DNA from: Octopus sinensis
Taxonomy: Eukaryota
NCBI RefSeq assembly: GCF_006345805.1
Contig: NC_043021.1
Span: 27,466,001-27,530,000 of the forward strand
Length of the DNA stretch: 64,000 nt
Direction: 5' to 3'
Of the stretch, positions 23,790 through 36,219 are shown piece by piece. Made by a program: the position numbers and the translations under genes. A model generated the notes under the pieces. That model searched no databases, was not told where the DNA came from, and was given only the letters and a program-made list of their open reading frames with translations. Position 1 is the stretch's first letter, and the number at the start of each line of letters is the position of its first letter.

Positions 23790-24760
23790 TTCTTAGTCTT
23801 TGAACCCCAGAAAGCTGAAAGAGAAAGCTGAAAAGAAAAGTGCAGACTGCTTCAAGGCAAATTAAACAGGAATGGTGGAATGATAGAGCAAATGGGGCTC
23901 AAGAAGCAGCTGATAGAAAAGATGCCGAGGGTTGTACTCTTCTGTTAAGGAGGTATATAGCCCCAAATCTTCAATAGCTCCAGCGAGGACGGCATCTGGA
24001 CGTTTGCTTCTGACTGACACCGCTTTTATTCATAAACGCTGGGTAGAACATTTTTCTGCACTTTTCAATAGACCATTACCCGCTGACATGAAGATGATAG
24101 AAAAAATCGAACACCTTCCAGTTATAGAGAAGATGGCATTTGAATCAACACCAAATGACATTTATCTAGCTGTGAATATGATGAATAACAATAATTGTCC
24201 AGGCTCTGATGGAATCTGTGCAGAGGTTTTAAAATATGGGGGTAACAAAATGTTTGAATTCTTAAATATATTAATTTGTCCCTGTTGGAGAACTGTGAAA
24301 GTGTCTTATGACTGGATTGATGTCATTTTTATCTCCTTGTATAAGTCGGTGCAAAAGGATCTGTGTGGTAATTTTCGTGGAATTTCGCTTTTGTTTGTGG
24401 TTGGAAAGGTACTTGCCCGCATTCTGCTAGAATGTTTAAATACCTTCATAATTCCAAACATCTCAGTGTGGTTTTCGTTCCTCCAGGGGCGCAGCTGATT
24501 GCCTCTTTACTATCAGAAAATTACAAGAAAAGTGCATTATACAGAATCTTGCTCTGTATACCATTGCTTTGATGATTTGAGCAAAACATTCGATACTGGT
24601 GATCAAAATGCTCTGTGGCTAATTCTAAGGAAAATAGGTTGCCAAGAAAAATTTGTAAATATGATCAGGAATTTGCATCAAGATATGGAAGCTGGAGTTA
24701 ATTTTGGTGGTAGGTTCTCTGAATCTTTTGCCGTGGAAAATGAGTATAAGGTGGAAAAAT
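23790..24760 (+). pseudogene. RTE-clade LINE linker plus RT domains 0-3 fragment
   Basis: EWWNDRA..YSSVKEVY, RWVEHFSALFNR, CPGSDGICAEVLK, NFRGISLL, DLSKTFD. Confidence 0.85.
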
Positions 24761-25133
24761 AGTACTCGATTAACTGAGGTAGAGTAATATGCTTTATTAT
24801 TAAAGCTGCAAAAACATCAAAAAATATCACAAAAACTGACAAAAACTGTTTTTGTGATATTTTGTGATATTTTTGCAGCGATAATAATGAAGTGTATACA
24901 CACACACAGACATACTCACACAGACATACTCACACAGACACACACACAGAGACATACTCACACAGACACACACACATATATATGTGTATCTATATATATG
25001 TATATATATATATATATAGAGGTTAGCATATAATTCTCCCGAATTATTTGCTCCTTATTGAAATTATATATACATATACATACATAGATACATAAATACA
25101 TACATACATACATATATGTATGTATGTGTGTGC

Positions 25134-25212
<79 letters not shown>

Positions 25213-25386
25213 ATAATAAATATTAGGGAATAAATCCAAATTTACAGGGAAAAAATCAGATTTAGGATTAAATCCAATTTTATAGTAAAATATAATATTA
25301 ATTCGAGACAAAACCACTATTTTGCAAAACAAACAAAGAAAGACTTAATCAATACATAAAAATTTTTAATATAAAGAAATAAACCG

Positions 25387-25429
25387 CCACTACAATCGTT
25401 TCATGTCTTCAATGACATTCGTCAGGTGG
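25387..25429 (-). ncRNA. Type-I hammerhead (left arm)
   Basis: Exact reverse complement of 25493-25535. Confidence 0.75.
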
Positions 25430-25492
25430 ATTTTCGATCTCCTAATCTGTTTTAATTTAATTATTATTAAAACAAATTAGGAGATCGAAAAT

Positions 25493-25535
25493 CCACCTGA
25501 CGAATGTCATTGAAGACATGAAACGATTGTAGTGG
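25493..25535 (+). ncRNA. Type-I hammerhead (right arm)
   Basis: CCAC-CUGACGA-AUGUC/AUUGAA/GACAU-GAAAC-GAUU-GUA-GUGG. Confidence 0.75.
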
Positions 25536-25751
25536 CGGTTTATTTCTTTATATTAAAAATTTTTATGTATTGATTAAGTCTTTCCTTGTTTGTTTTGCAA
25601 AATAGTGGTTTTGTCTCGAATTAATATTATATATGTATATATATATATATATATAATTCAAACATATAAGAGATGGCCATAATAGGACATCTGACTCACT
25701 GAGCTGGTAGCTGAGAATTTTTCTTGAATTTTTTTGCTACCCTAAAATTTA

Positions 25752-25785
<34 letters not shown>

Positions 25786-25799
25786 ACCAACAATCATTT

Positions 25800-26005
25800 G
25801 ACGACAGATCTTGGTATATATATACCACCAACAATCATTTGACAACAGATGTTGGTGTCTTTATGTACCCCGGTTCGGCAAAAGATACCGATAGATTAAG
25901 TACTAGGCTTACAAAGAATAAGACCTGGGATTTATTTGTTCGAATAATGCTGGTGCTCCATCATGGACGCAGTCAAATGACTGAAACAGGTGAAAGAATA
26001 AAAGA
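25800..26005 (+). mobile_element. SINE family B tail
   Basis: TTTGACAAC..GGTTCGGCAAAAGATACCGATAG..GGTGCTCCATCATGG. Confidence 0.75.
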
Positions 26006-26011
26006 AAATGA

Positions 26012-26326
26012 TATATTGAAAGAAAGAAAATGGAGAAATATGGATTCATAAATAATTTATTTGTATGATATGAAGATGCTGAGGTTTTTTTTGTAATTTT
26101 TTTTTTGTAATTTAATAACAAATAAATCATAAGTTGTTCAGCTCTAATAGAAATGTCAGAAACCTACATGTGGGTTTTGAGCACGTGCCATTTGTTTAAG
26201 AGCTGTACAACTTATAATTTATTTGTATTGTTATTAAATAAAAACACACCCCTCAGCATCTTCAAATCATACAAATAAATCATTTGTACATCCATAATTC
26301 TGCATTTTCTTTCTTCCAATATTAAT
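26012..26326. mobile_element. Element with imperfect terminal inverted repeats of about 70 bp (MITE-like, class uncertain)
   Basis: ATATTGAAAGAAAGAAAATGG..GAAGATGCTGAGG / CCTCAGCATCTTC..CATTTTCTTTCTTCCAATAT. Confidence 0.6.
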
Positions 26327-26526
26327 AATATGCATTACTATAATAATTCTTAACACATCGTCGAGACTTCTTTCTCCTTATATTAGAGTGATTAACCAGT
26401 GGAATGTTTTGGATTATTTAATCCCTAATGTGGATCTAAAATCCTCGAAGTGACTCACTCTCTCTCTGTCTGTCTCTGTATCTGTCACTTTCTCTCTGTC
26501 TGCCTGTCTGTCTGTCTCTGTCTGTT

Positions 26527-26567
<41 letters not shown>

Positions 26568-26905
26568 GTCGCTTTCTCTCTGTCTGTCTGTCTGTCTGTC
26601 TCTGTCTCTGTCTCTTTCTGTCTGTCTGTCTGTCTCTCGCTCTCTCTCTCTCTCTCTCCATATATATATGTATATATATATATATATATCTTTTCATCTT
26701 TGTATCTTTTCATTTGTCTTGCTCGCTTACGTTCTGGCGTTTGCTAATTTTTCTTGAGAACATTCGTTTCTTAGTGGTAAGACCATAGGGGATCTTCTTC
26801 TAGCATAATGGATGTCCACTTACAGGTCATCCCTCTTATATGTGTGTGTGTATATATATATATATATGGAGAGAGAAAGAGAGAGAGAAATAGATAGATA
26901 GATAA

Positions 26906-26984
<79 letters not shown>

Positions 26985-28650
26985 CAATGAAGAAACAAGT
27001 GATATAGATAACCACTTTATACAAATCAACCGAGTAGCACTCTGATAGAGCTTCAGGAATATGATTTTAGGGATAGGAGGAAACAAATTCAAAGACCGAT
27101 GTGTATATCCATTGAATCCATATTAACGAAGTTCTCCATGGTATACAAAGTGCATACATAGATGCATTCAGCTATGTATTCATATATGTCCGAAGAGAAT
27201 GGTCAGATCAAACATTCGATTTTTAAAATTATTTAACCCACCATTTCTTTTAAAATTTTTACCTTCTGATTCTATCAACTCTGATGTGAGGAATATGGAA
27301 TATTGCTATGACTGGAGTTAGCTCTCCCATAGCAACCCAAGGTGCCGCTCAGTGTAACTGAATCCGATACCACGGATTTTGCAAACTATAATTTTCCTTA
27401 TCATAAAACACAGAGCTTATTATCTCAAAGGGGAAATTGTGGTCATTCACAGTAAATATACGTTTGAATTTTCCGGCCAGGTACGTTTCTATTAGGCTTC
27501 ACACTCGGCAATTATGATTAGTGTAAGAGTTCCTTACACAAAAAGATTGTATAGTCCCCTACACGATACCTAGAACTGCCAGAAATATTAATTAAATCTC
27601 TCTTAAATAATACCCTCCTAGATTAAGAAAATGGCATGATACATTGGCTAATTATTTCATAGTCTAAGAGATACAATGAGAGGAACAAAACGCGGAACGG
27701 TTGGAGTGAAACGTAGCTTAATAAAAGCAAAGACTTTTCAAATTCATTGCTAATGACGTTAGACAAGACATGGATACTCTAGAATTATATTTTCCCCTCG
27801 TTTTTCTTATGAAATTGTTGTGTTCTATGTTTAGGCAAATAATAGAAAAAATCCCCCAAAGCAAACAAAACCGAAAGAATACATTCAATAGCGATTCAAT
27901 TACAGAAGTTATAACGTCTGCTTATTATTTTTTAATTTTATTTATTACTGTTTTATTAAAATAAAGCTATCGTAAAAAACACCAATACGACAGACTGAGA
28001 TTTATATTACTATATTTTATCTATCTATTTATTTTATTTAAAAAAAAATAACTCTGAAGTAAATTTAATAAAAAATTAAAACAAAATAGATTGATACTAT
28101 AATTTCTTTCTCTCGTATTCATTCGTTTGATAAGAACATTATTTCTGATGTCAAAGTGTCATCATTTGTATTCTATGGAGCCATTTCGTCACGGTAATAG
28201 TCAACAGAATAAACACGACTGCCAAGAAACATTTCATAAACATAAACTAACCATACTAAATTACATAAAATTTAAATGGAATTATAATGTAGTTTCATTT
28301 TTACAAATAATTTTTGTTGCTGTTATTGGTGTTGCGGTTGTTGTTGAGGTTTTTGCTGTTGCTGTTTTAAATTACCCTCTTTTCTGCAATGAAAATAAAA
28401 GAAAATTTAAATTAACCATTTTAATAGAATTTTTCAGAAAGAAAATCGTTGAATTGGTAGAAACACTAGAATGTCAAACGAAATGGTTTGCAAACGAAGA
28501 TTTTCGTTTTGCTGCTCTGTGTTTAAAATCACAGCCAAATGTTTTAGTTTGCCATCTCATGTTTCAGAGATTGATAAGAATGTAACAGGTATGCACCGAG
28601 ATAGTTTCGTTCGAAGAGAGTAATTCCATAAAGTTCGTTGGGTTTGCGAA

Positions 28651-28696
<46 letters not shown>

Positions 28697-28710
28697 GTAC
28701 ACACACATAC

Positions 28711-28777
<67 letters not shown>

Positions 28778-28786
28778 TAATATACA

Positions 28787-28957
28787 CGCAGGAGTGGCTG
28801 TGTGATAAGTAGCTTGCTTACAAACCACATGGTTCCGGGTTCAGTCCCACTCCGTAGCACCTTGGGCAAGTGTCTTCTACTATAGCTTCGGGCCGACCAA
28901 AGCCTTGTGAGTGGATTTGGTAAACGGAAACTGAAAGATGCCCGTCGTATATATATA

Positions 28958-29006
<49 letters not shown>

Positions 29007-29192
29007 ATGTGTGTGTGTGCGTGTATGTATATGCTGGTGTGTTTACTTTCCCGTCACTTAGCGGTTCGGCAAGAAAAACCGATATAATAAGTACTAGGCT
29101 TACAAATAATAAGTCCTGGGGTCGATTTTCTCGACTAAAGGCGGTGCTCCAGCATGGCCACAGTCAAATGACTGAAACAAATAAAAGAAAAA
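28787..29192 (+). mobile_element. SINE family B, full length with internal (TA/TG)n
   Basis: GCAGGAGTGGCTGTG..GGGTTCAGTCCC..CTTGGGCAAGTG..CAGTCAAATGACTGAAACA. Confidence 0.9.
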
Positions 29193-29261
29193 AGAAAAAG
29201 AAAGAAAAACATTGTGTGTATTTATATATATAATATGTACATACATACATACATACATCTG

Positions 29262-29567
29262 GCACTTCGTTACTTACGTCGACGAGGGTTCGAGTTGAAC
29301 AGATCAACAGAATAGCTTGCTTGTGAAATTAACATGCAGATGGCTGAGTACTCCACAGATACATGTACCCTTAACGTAGTTCTCGGGGAGATTCAGCATG
29401 ACACAGAGTGTGACAAGGCCGGCCCTTTGAAATACAGGCACAACTCATTTTCGTCTGCTGGATCGATTGGATCAACGTGAAACGAAGTGACTTGCTCGAG
29501 AACCCAACGCGCCATCGGGAATCGAACTCATGACATTACGATCGTCGGCCGAATATCCCTGACCACT
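29262..29567 (-). mobile_element. tRNA-headed SINE, family C long variant
   Basis: GGGAATCGAACTC head at right, CTTGCTCGAGAAC core, distinct body GTAGTTCTCGGGGAGATTCAGC. Confidence 0.7.
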
Positions 29568-29825
29568 ACATCCATCCATCAATCCATCCATCCATACATA
29601 CTTTGTTGCATCATTCTGCCAATAATAAGCACTCGTACTGGTTCAGTATTAATTCTTTATTATTCGTGAATTGATTAACTACTTAACCACCTGACTAATT
29701 AGTTGTTTGCGTAATCGTTCGATTATCCAATTAATCACTTCGATTGACAGAGTTCTTTCTTCACTATATGCAACTTCTTCAATAATATATCCTCTCTACT
29801 TCAACTCTATCTGCCTGTCTTTCTG

Positions 29826-29894
<69 letters not shown>

Positions 29895-29911
29895 ATCTAT
29901 CTATCTATCTA

Positions 29912-30036
<125 letters not shown>

Positions 30037-30203
30037 TTATCTGTCTGTCTGACTGTCTGTATGTCTATCTGTCTATCATATATATTATGTATATGTGTGT
30101 GTGTGCGTGTGTACGTGAGTGAGTGTGTACGTCTGTGTGTATGTATCTCTCTCTCCCTCTCTTCCTCTCTCTATCTCTACTATCTCTCTCTCTCTCCCTC
30201 TCT

Positions 30204-30274
<71 letters not shown>

Positions 30275-30559
30275 ATTCGCTTAGGCATTGCGAGCCTAAT
30301 AACCCGGTGTAGAAGTCAATTTACGTATGTTTCAGGACGAAGTGTTTACTGAGGATGGAGCGGTTATAAGAGCGATGACAAAGGAATGGATGATTATCTT
30401 TTCAACTTCAATTAGCTTACAGCTGTTTCTCCTATAAGAAGCAGTGGACTCATTGTTGAGTGCATCACCCACCACACACCTCCTTACTCGAGAACCTTGA
30501 GAAAGCATTGCTACTGATGGTCAACGTATAAAATTTGCAGCACATGCATCCGCATTCCA

Positions 30560-31790
30560 GAAAGAACTCTCCGCCCAGTTACCAGACAGAAGAAAATCCG
30601 GGAAATTACAAGTACTTTCAGACAAAACGGGAAATCTTTAACATCTGGATTTACCTGCTTATAAGCAATTCATGCTTAAGGAACGAGTGAAATAAATATA
30701 GAGAAACGACTAAAAAAGACCTGAGGAAAATAAACAAAACAGAATTCTTTCGCTCAAAACTCCCCTGGTTCAATCTTGAAGACCACAATCCAAATTTCTA
30801 CGAAAGCTTGACCCCTCAGACGCTAGACTTAATACCAACTCTAATAACACTACTCACACTTCCCAAAAAATTAACATTAGCCGAAAAAAAAAAGAAAAAC
30901 GAAACCGGAGAATTACCTGGTATAATCTTCCTTTCAATCTCCAAGTAAACATCGCATCTTCCTAACATTTTTCTCTGCTTAAAAGGACTTTGCACCGCGC
31001 CACGGATATTACCAAATATTCAACAAATTCACAAACTTTCTTACTTCATAACTCCCTATTTCGCTGACACTGTCACTGGCACTAAGAACTTTAAGCTTAA
31101 GAAAGCAAAGGCCCTTCATACAGTACCTAACACACAACATAGGATTCCTTCTGGTCATAACTACTTTACAGTGACCGAATGACCAGCATTCGACGCTCAC
31201 CGGTAATTCTAACTGCTTTTATCCCCCATCGCCTCACTCAACCCTTCGACAAGAATCTCTGGGCTTACATCTAACACCAACAGTTCCATCCCCTCTACAG
31301 GTGGGGGCTACAATGACCAACACTTGTAGCTGTAGGAAAATGCATGGTTGCTCCTTTAATGGAATATGTTTCGCCAAAAGCATCATCTGCAAGTGTAAGG
31401 TTATTACTGCTGCGACAACTAAGTATTACATAGGGGCTACGGCCAATACTTTCAAAAAACGATATTACACACACACACACACACATTTAAAATCCCACGA
31501 TTGGTACTAATGACATCACTCGCGGAGTACATATAGAAGTTAAAAAACAAAAACAACTACTCACTCCATTGGAGCATGGTGAAACACGCTTCCCCTTACA
31601 ATGGAGAAAGCAAACCTTGCCGATTGTGCACCCAAGAGGCAACACAGATCTTACTTTACGGCACACAACTTCAGAACAAAAGAAAATTTTCAAAACATTC
31701 AAATTATATTACAAACAGAACTCGGTAACGACTCAAGCACTCTTCTATCAATCTCTAATCCCATAAACTCTTAATATTATCTTACTCATT
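30560..31790 (+). pseudogene. Decayed Penelope-like element (linker plus GIY-YIG)
   Basis: RRITWYNLPFNLQV; TCSCRKMHGCSFNGICFAKSIICKCKV..YYIGATANTFKKRY. Confidence 0.7.
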
Positions 31791-31814
31791 TCTAGCCTTA
31801 AATATTATCCCCCC

Positions 31815-31824
31815 GGCTGCACAC

Positions 31825-31868
<44 letters not shown>

Positions 31869-31947
31869 ACACACAGAGACACACACAGAGACACACACAG
31901 AGACACACACAGAGACACACACAGAGACACACACAGACACACACACA

Positions 31948-32015
<68 letters not shown>
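31815..32015. repeat. (CA)n / (CACACAGAGA)n repeat
   Basis: Direct reading. Confidence 0.95.
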
Positions 32016-32333
32016 AAACGCCTTTTTCCCGATATCAAAGTAAGCTCCACATATTTCTTTTTTTCACATATGGATTAACCCTAACCCTAACCGCTACTCC
32101 GCTCATTACGGACGTACTCCCCCGTTTCTTTATCTATAGGCACACATATATGCTTGTATACCCCAACACATAATAATGCCTTAATTAGCCGTACAACATG
32201 CTTTCGTCTAACAGTTTCATTTATCTACATTTTCACTTTTCCATGTAGATTTGATGTTTCTACGCGAGCAAATGCAGAGACCCCTGATTCCCCTACATTT
32301 TATTCATGTATTTATCACTCTATATTTTCTTTA

Positions 32334-32413
<80 letters not shown>

Positions 32414-33244
32414 CGTGTGTGCGTGTGTGCGTGTGTGTGTGCGTGTGTGTGTGTGTGCGTGTGTGTGTGTTTGTGTGTGTGTGCGTATGTGTGTGATATA
32501 TATGTGCATGTGCTTTTTGTGTTTGGGTATGTATGTGGGTATATGTATGTGTATATATGTATACTTTTGCATATATATATATATAGAGAGAGAGAGAGAG
32601 GGGGAGAGGTGGGAAAAGGGAGAGAGATAAGCATATATGTGTATGTATGTATATATATGTCTGTGTGTATATATATATATATATATCGCTTGTAGGCCCC
32701 TGATGATGGTGTGAGGTAGGAAGTTATTCTCAGATCGGAGACATGTCCTAAACAATACAACATGCCGTCCCTTAAAAAGCATGAAAGAATCAGGCGTTGG
32801 TCTATTAATTCAATCGTAAAGAGACAAGGGACATTTAGGCGCCATTTTGAGACGAAAACGGGCGAACCCCCTTTAAGTGTACAACATGTTCCTCGTCAAA
32901 AGTGCTACCCTTGCGTGACATCCGCCACCCAACCAGAAACCACTTCAACAGGCAGGCTAAACCAAGTGAGGGTAGTCAACAGGCATATAGCTGTTGGTGA
33001 GTTAGGCCTTACCTACCTTTGCATCATTGGAGGAAGAGAATTTTCTCTGTAGTCAAGTATTTTAGAGGGAAGAGGGTCAGGTGAGGCAAGTAACACATCC
33101 TGGTCATCTGCTTCATGTATTTCCATCCTCTTGACCTGGTCTTGCCACTGAATCGAAAATGGTCAAGAACGAGAGCGTGAGTTTCACGGTGCACAAATCT
33201 ACTTAAAACAAAGTAAATGTGTTAAATCATTTTCTTCTCTGCGC

Positions 33245-33480
33245 CCTTTTTAAAGCCCAGCCAGGCTCATGGGCCCGGTTTCCCGGTTTCAATGGCGTAT
33301 GTGTGTTCCCCAGCCAGTCCATCGCGGCGTTACTCATTTTTGCCAGCTGAGTGGACTGGAGCAACGTGAAATGAAGTGTTTTGCTCAAGAACACAACGCG
33401 TCGCCCGGTCCAGGAATCGAAACTACAATCTTACGATAATGATGCTGATACTTAAACCACTAAGCCACGCGCCTCCACTG
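33245..33480 (-). mobile_element. SINE family C, near full length
   Basis: GGCCCGGTTTCCCGG..CTGGAGCAACGTGAAATGAAGTGTTTTGCTCAAGAACAC. Confidence 0.85.
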
Positions 33481-33512
33481 TTAAATCATCAGTCATTGCT
33501 TATTGGATTTTA

Positions 33513-33722
33513 AGGCGGCGAGCTGGCAGAATCGTTAACACACCGGACGAAATGCTTAGCGGAATTTCGTCCGTCCTTAATTTCTGAGTTCAAATTCCGC
33601 CGAGGTCGTCTTTGTCTTTCATCTTTTCGGCGTCGATAATATAAGTACCAGTTGTGTACTGGTGTCGATACTATCGACTTGCTCCTCCTCTGAACTTGCT
33701 AGCCCTGTGACAAAATTTGAAA
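33513..33722 (+). mobile_element. SINE family A
   Basis: Family A head and core. Confidence 0.85.
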
Positions 33723-33764
33723 TCCTGAAGTATAGCATAGTTAAACGAACATAACTCATATCTA

Positions 33765-33826
33765 TTTTGGAAAGAAGAATACTTCTTTGGAAAGAAGAAT
33801 ACTTCTTTGGAAAGAAGAATTCTTTT
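33765..33826. repeat. 20-bp tandem repeat x3 (TTGGAAAGAAGAATACTTCT)
   Basis: Direct reading. Confidence 0.85.
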
Positions 33827-34203
33827 AGACTACGTAACAAAGACTGCAATTATGAAGTGTCAACGACGTCACCTATACAACTGTACTTGTCGCTCTGCGG
33901 CGTGTCATAAATATTTAAATACCATTTAAATATAAAATCCAGTGATGTTTTTCAAATATGCTGCCTTTTGTACAGCAAGGTGGTGTTTAATGAAATGAAT
34001 TACAAACAGAAGTTGCTTTTCGGTTTTTATGTTTCATAACCTCGCAGAGGCATTTCTTTTACACAATAGCTGAATGAATAAAACATGATATTCAATCAAT
34101 AAATTGACATTCACTTATGTATCTCATTTAATTATTTCGATTCTATATCTATACATACATACATACATACATACATACATTCATACATACATACATACAT
34201 ACA

Positions 34204-34270
<67 letters not shown>

Positions 34271-34624
34271 ATATATATATATATACGGTTGTGTATCCAT
34301 TTACGTCACAGTGGTTTGATGATGTAAATAGATTTAATTCAATTTCATTACCATTTTCTTTTGAAATAGCGTCGCCCATTGGACCGTGGTTAGTTCTTCC
34401 ATTGACATCTATAGCGTACCTCTTTCCCACCCCTCCGCACACCCTGGGTGATTTGAAATCAACAAACGAACAATTATGAGTCATTAGCGAGATATTTGCA
34501 TCTTCTCGTGACGCACGAGATCGGAGAAATGCACAACGTGGCTAAACCAATTTCCATACCCGCAGCCATTTTTAAACACTCGCGCATTCTACAATCCGCT
34601 GTTCCATAAGTTTTTCGTCTTTTA

Positions 34625-34757
34625 TCTTTTATTTGTTTCAGTCATTAGATTGGGGTCATGCTGGGGCACCACCTTCAAGAACGTGTGGTCGAATAAATCG
34701 GCTGAACCCGGAACCACGTGCTTGGGAAGAACACTTCCTATCACACAGCAACGCCTA
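34625..34757 (-). mobile_element. SINE family B, internally deleted fragment
   Basis: TTTCAGTCA..CATGCTGGGGCACC then GAACCCGGAACCACG. Confidence 0.6.
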
Positions 34758-34876
34758 CACACATACATACATACATACATACATACATACATACATACAT
34801 ACACACACACATACATACACACATACATACACACATACATACATACATACATACATACATAATACATACATACATA

Positions 34877-34907
<31 letters not shown>

Positions 34908-35063
34908 CATACATACATACCATACATACATACATACATACATACTACACACATACATACATACATACATACATACATACATACATACATACATACATAC
35001 ATACAACATACATACACATACATACACACATACATACATACATACCATACATACATACATACA

Positions 35064-35094
<31 letters not shown>

Positions 35095-35537
35095 CATACA
35101 TTACATACACACATACAACATACATACACACATACATACATACATACTACATACATACATATACATACATACATACATACACATACATACACCATACATA
35201 CATACATACCATACATACATACATACATACATACATACATACATACATACATACATACCTACATACATACATACTACACACATACATACATACATACATA
35301 CATACATACAACATACATACACACACACATACATACATTACATACATACATACTACATACACACATACATACATACATACATATACATACATACACATAC
35401 ATACATACATACATACATACATACACCACATACATACATACATACATACATACATACATACATACATACATACATACATTACATACATACACACACACAT
35501 ACATACATACAGACATACATACATACATACATACATA

Positions 35538-35568
<31 letters not shown>

Positions 35569-35896
35569 CATACATACACACATACATACACTACATACAT
35601 ACATACATACATACATACATACACACACAATACATACATACATACATACATAACATACATACATACATACAAACATACATACACCACATACATACACACA
35701 TACATACATACATACATACATACATACATACATACATACATACACACACACATACATACATACATACATACATACACACATACATACATACATACATACA
35801 TACATACATACATACATACATACATACATACATACATACATACATACATACATACACAGACGCATACATACATACATACATACATACATACATACA

Positions 35897-35926
<30 letters not shown>
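34758..35926. repeat. (TACA)n microsatellite of about 1.2 kb with many single-base dropouts
   Basis: Direct reading. Confidence 0.97.
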
Positions 35927-35927
<1 letters not shown>

Positions 35928-36219
35928 TTCAAATCAAAGATGAGAAAGCAGACCAGTTCAACAATTCAACAACATTACAATATAAACCGAGCCAAAAAGA
36001 GTAATTATAATATATTTAATGCATTTCTCATTAAAAAGTTCAATACCGAAATAATACTAAAATTATTCAATATTGAAACGATACTAAAAATTTCAAAATT
36101 AGACACCAAAAATATTAAAAATATAATGGACATATATGTTCGATAAATTATGAAAATGTATGAGAACAGCAATACTATGAGTTCCATAATGACCAACACC
36201 ATCAAAAACACAACACACT

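Larger units (their letters stand above)
25222..25632. mobile_element. Head-to-head palindromic element with a hammerhead in each arm
   Basis: 167-bp arms at 25290-25456 and 25466-25632 with about 2 mismatches; flanked by (TA)n. Confidence 0.85.

Noticed and set aside
24805-24879. 75-bp AT-rich hairpin
   Set aside because: Low complexity and a single copy; likely slippage-derived.
28566-28586. Possible 21-bp plus-strand micro-exon (TTTCAG|..ACAG|GTATGC)
   Set aside because: Good splice signals but no supporting partner exons; expected by chance in 64 kb.
32075-32093. (TAACCC)n telomere-like motif
   Set aside because: Only about 3 units; too short to indicate a telomere or healing event.
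32691-32750. CTGATGA..GAGAC-AT-GTC hammerhead-like motif
   Set aside because: GAAA is mutated, stem II is poor and stem I does not pair; at best a decayed relic, so not called as a feature.
34622-35932. Long ORFs (up to 311 aa) of YIHT/MYVC type, and similar ORFs elsewhere
   Set aside because: Translations of stop-free microsatellites, not genes.
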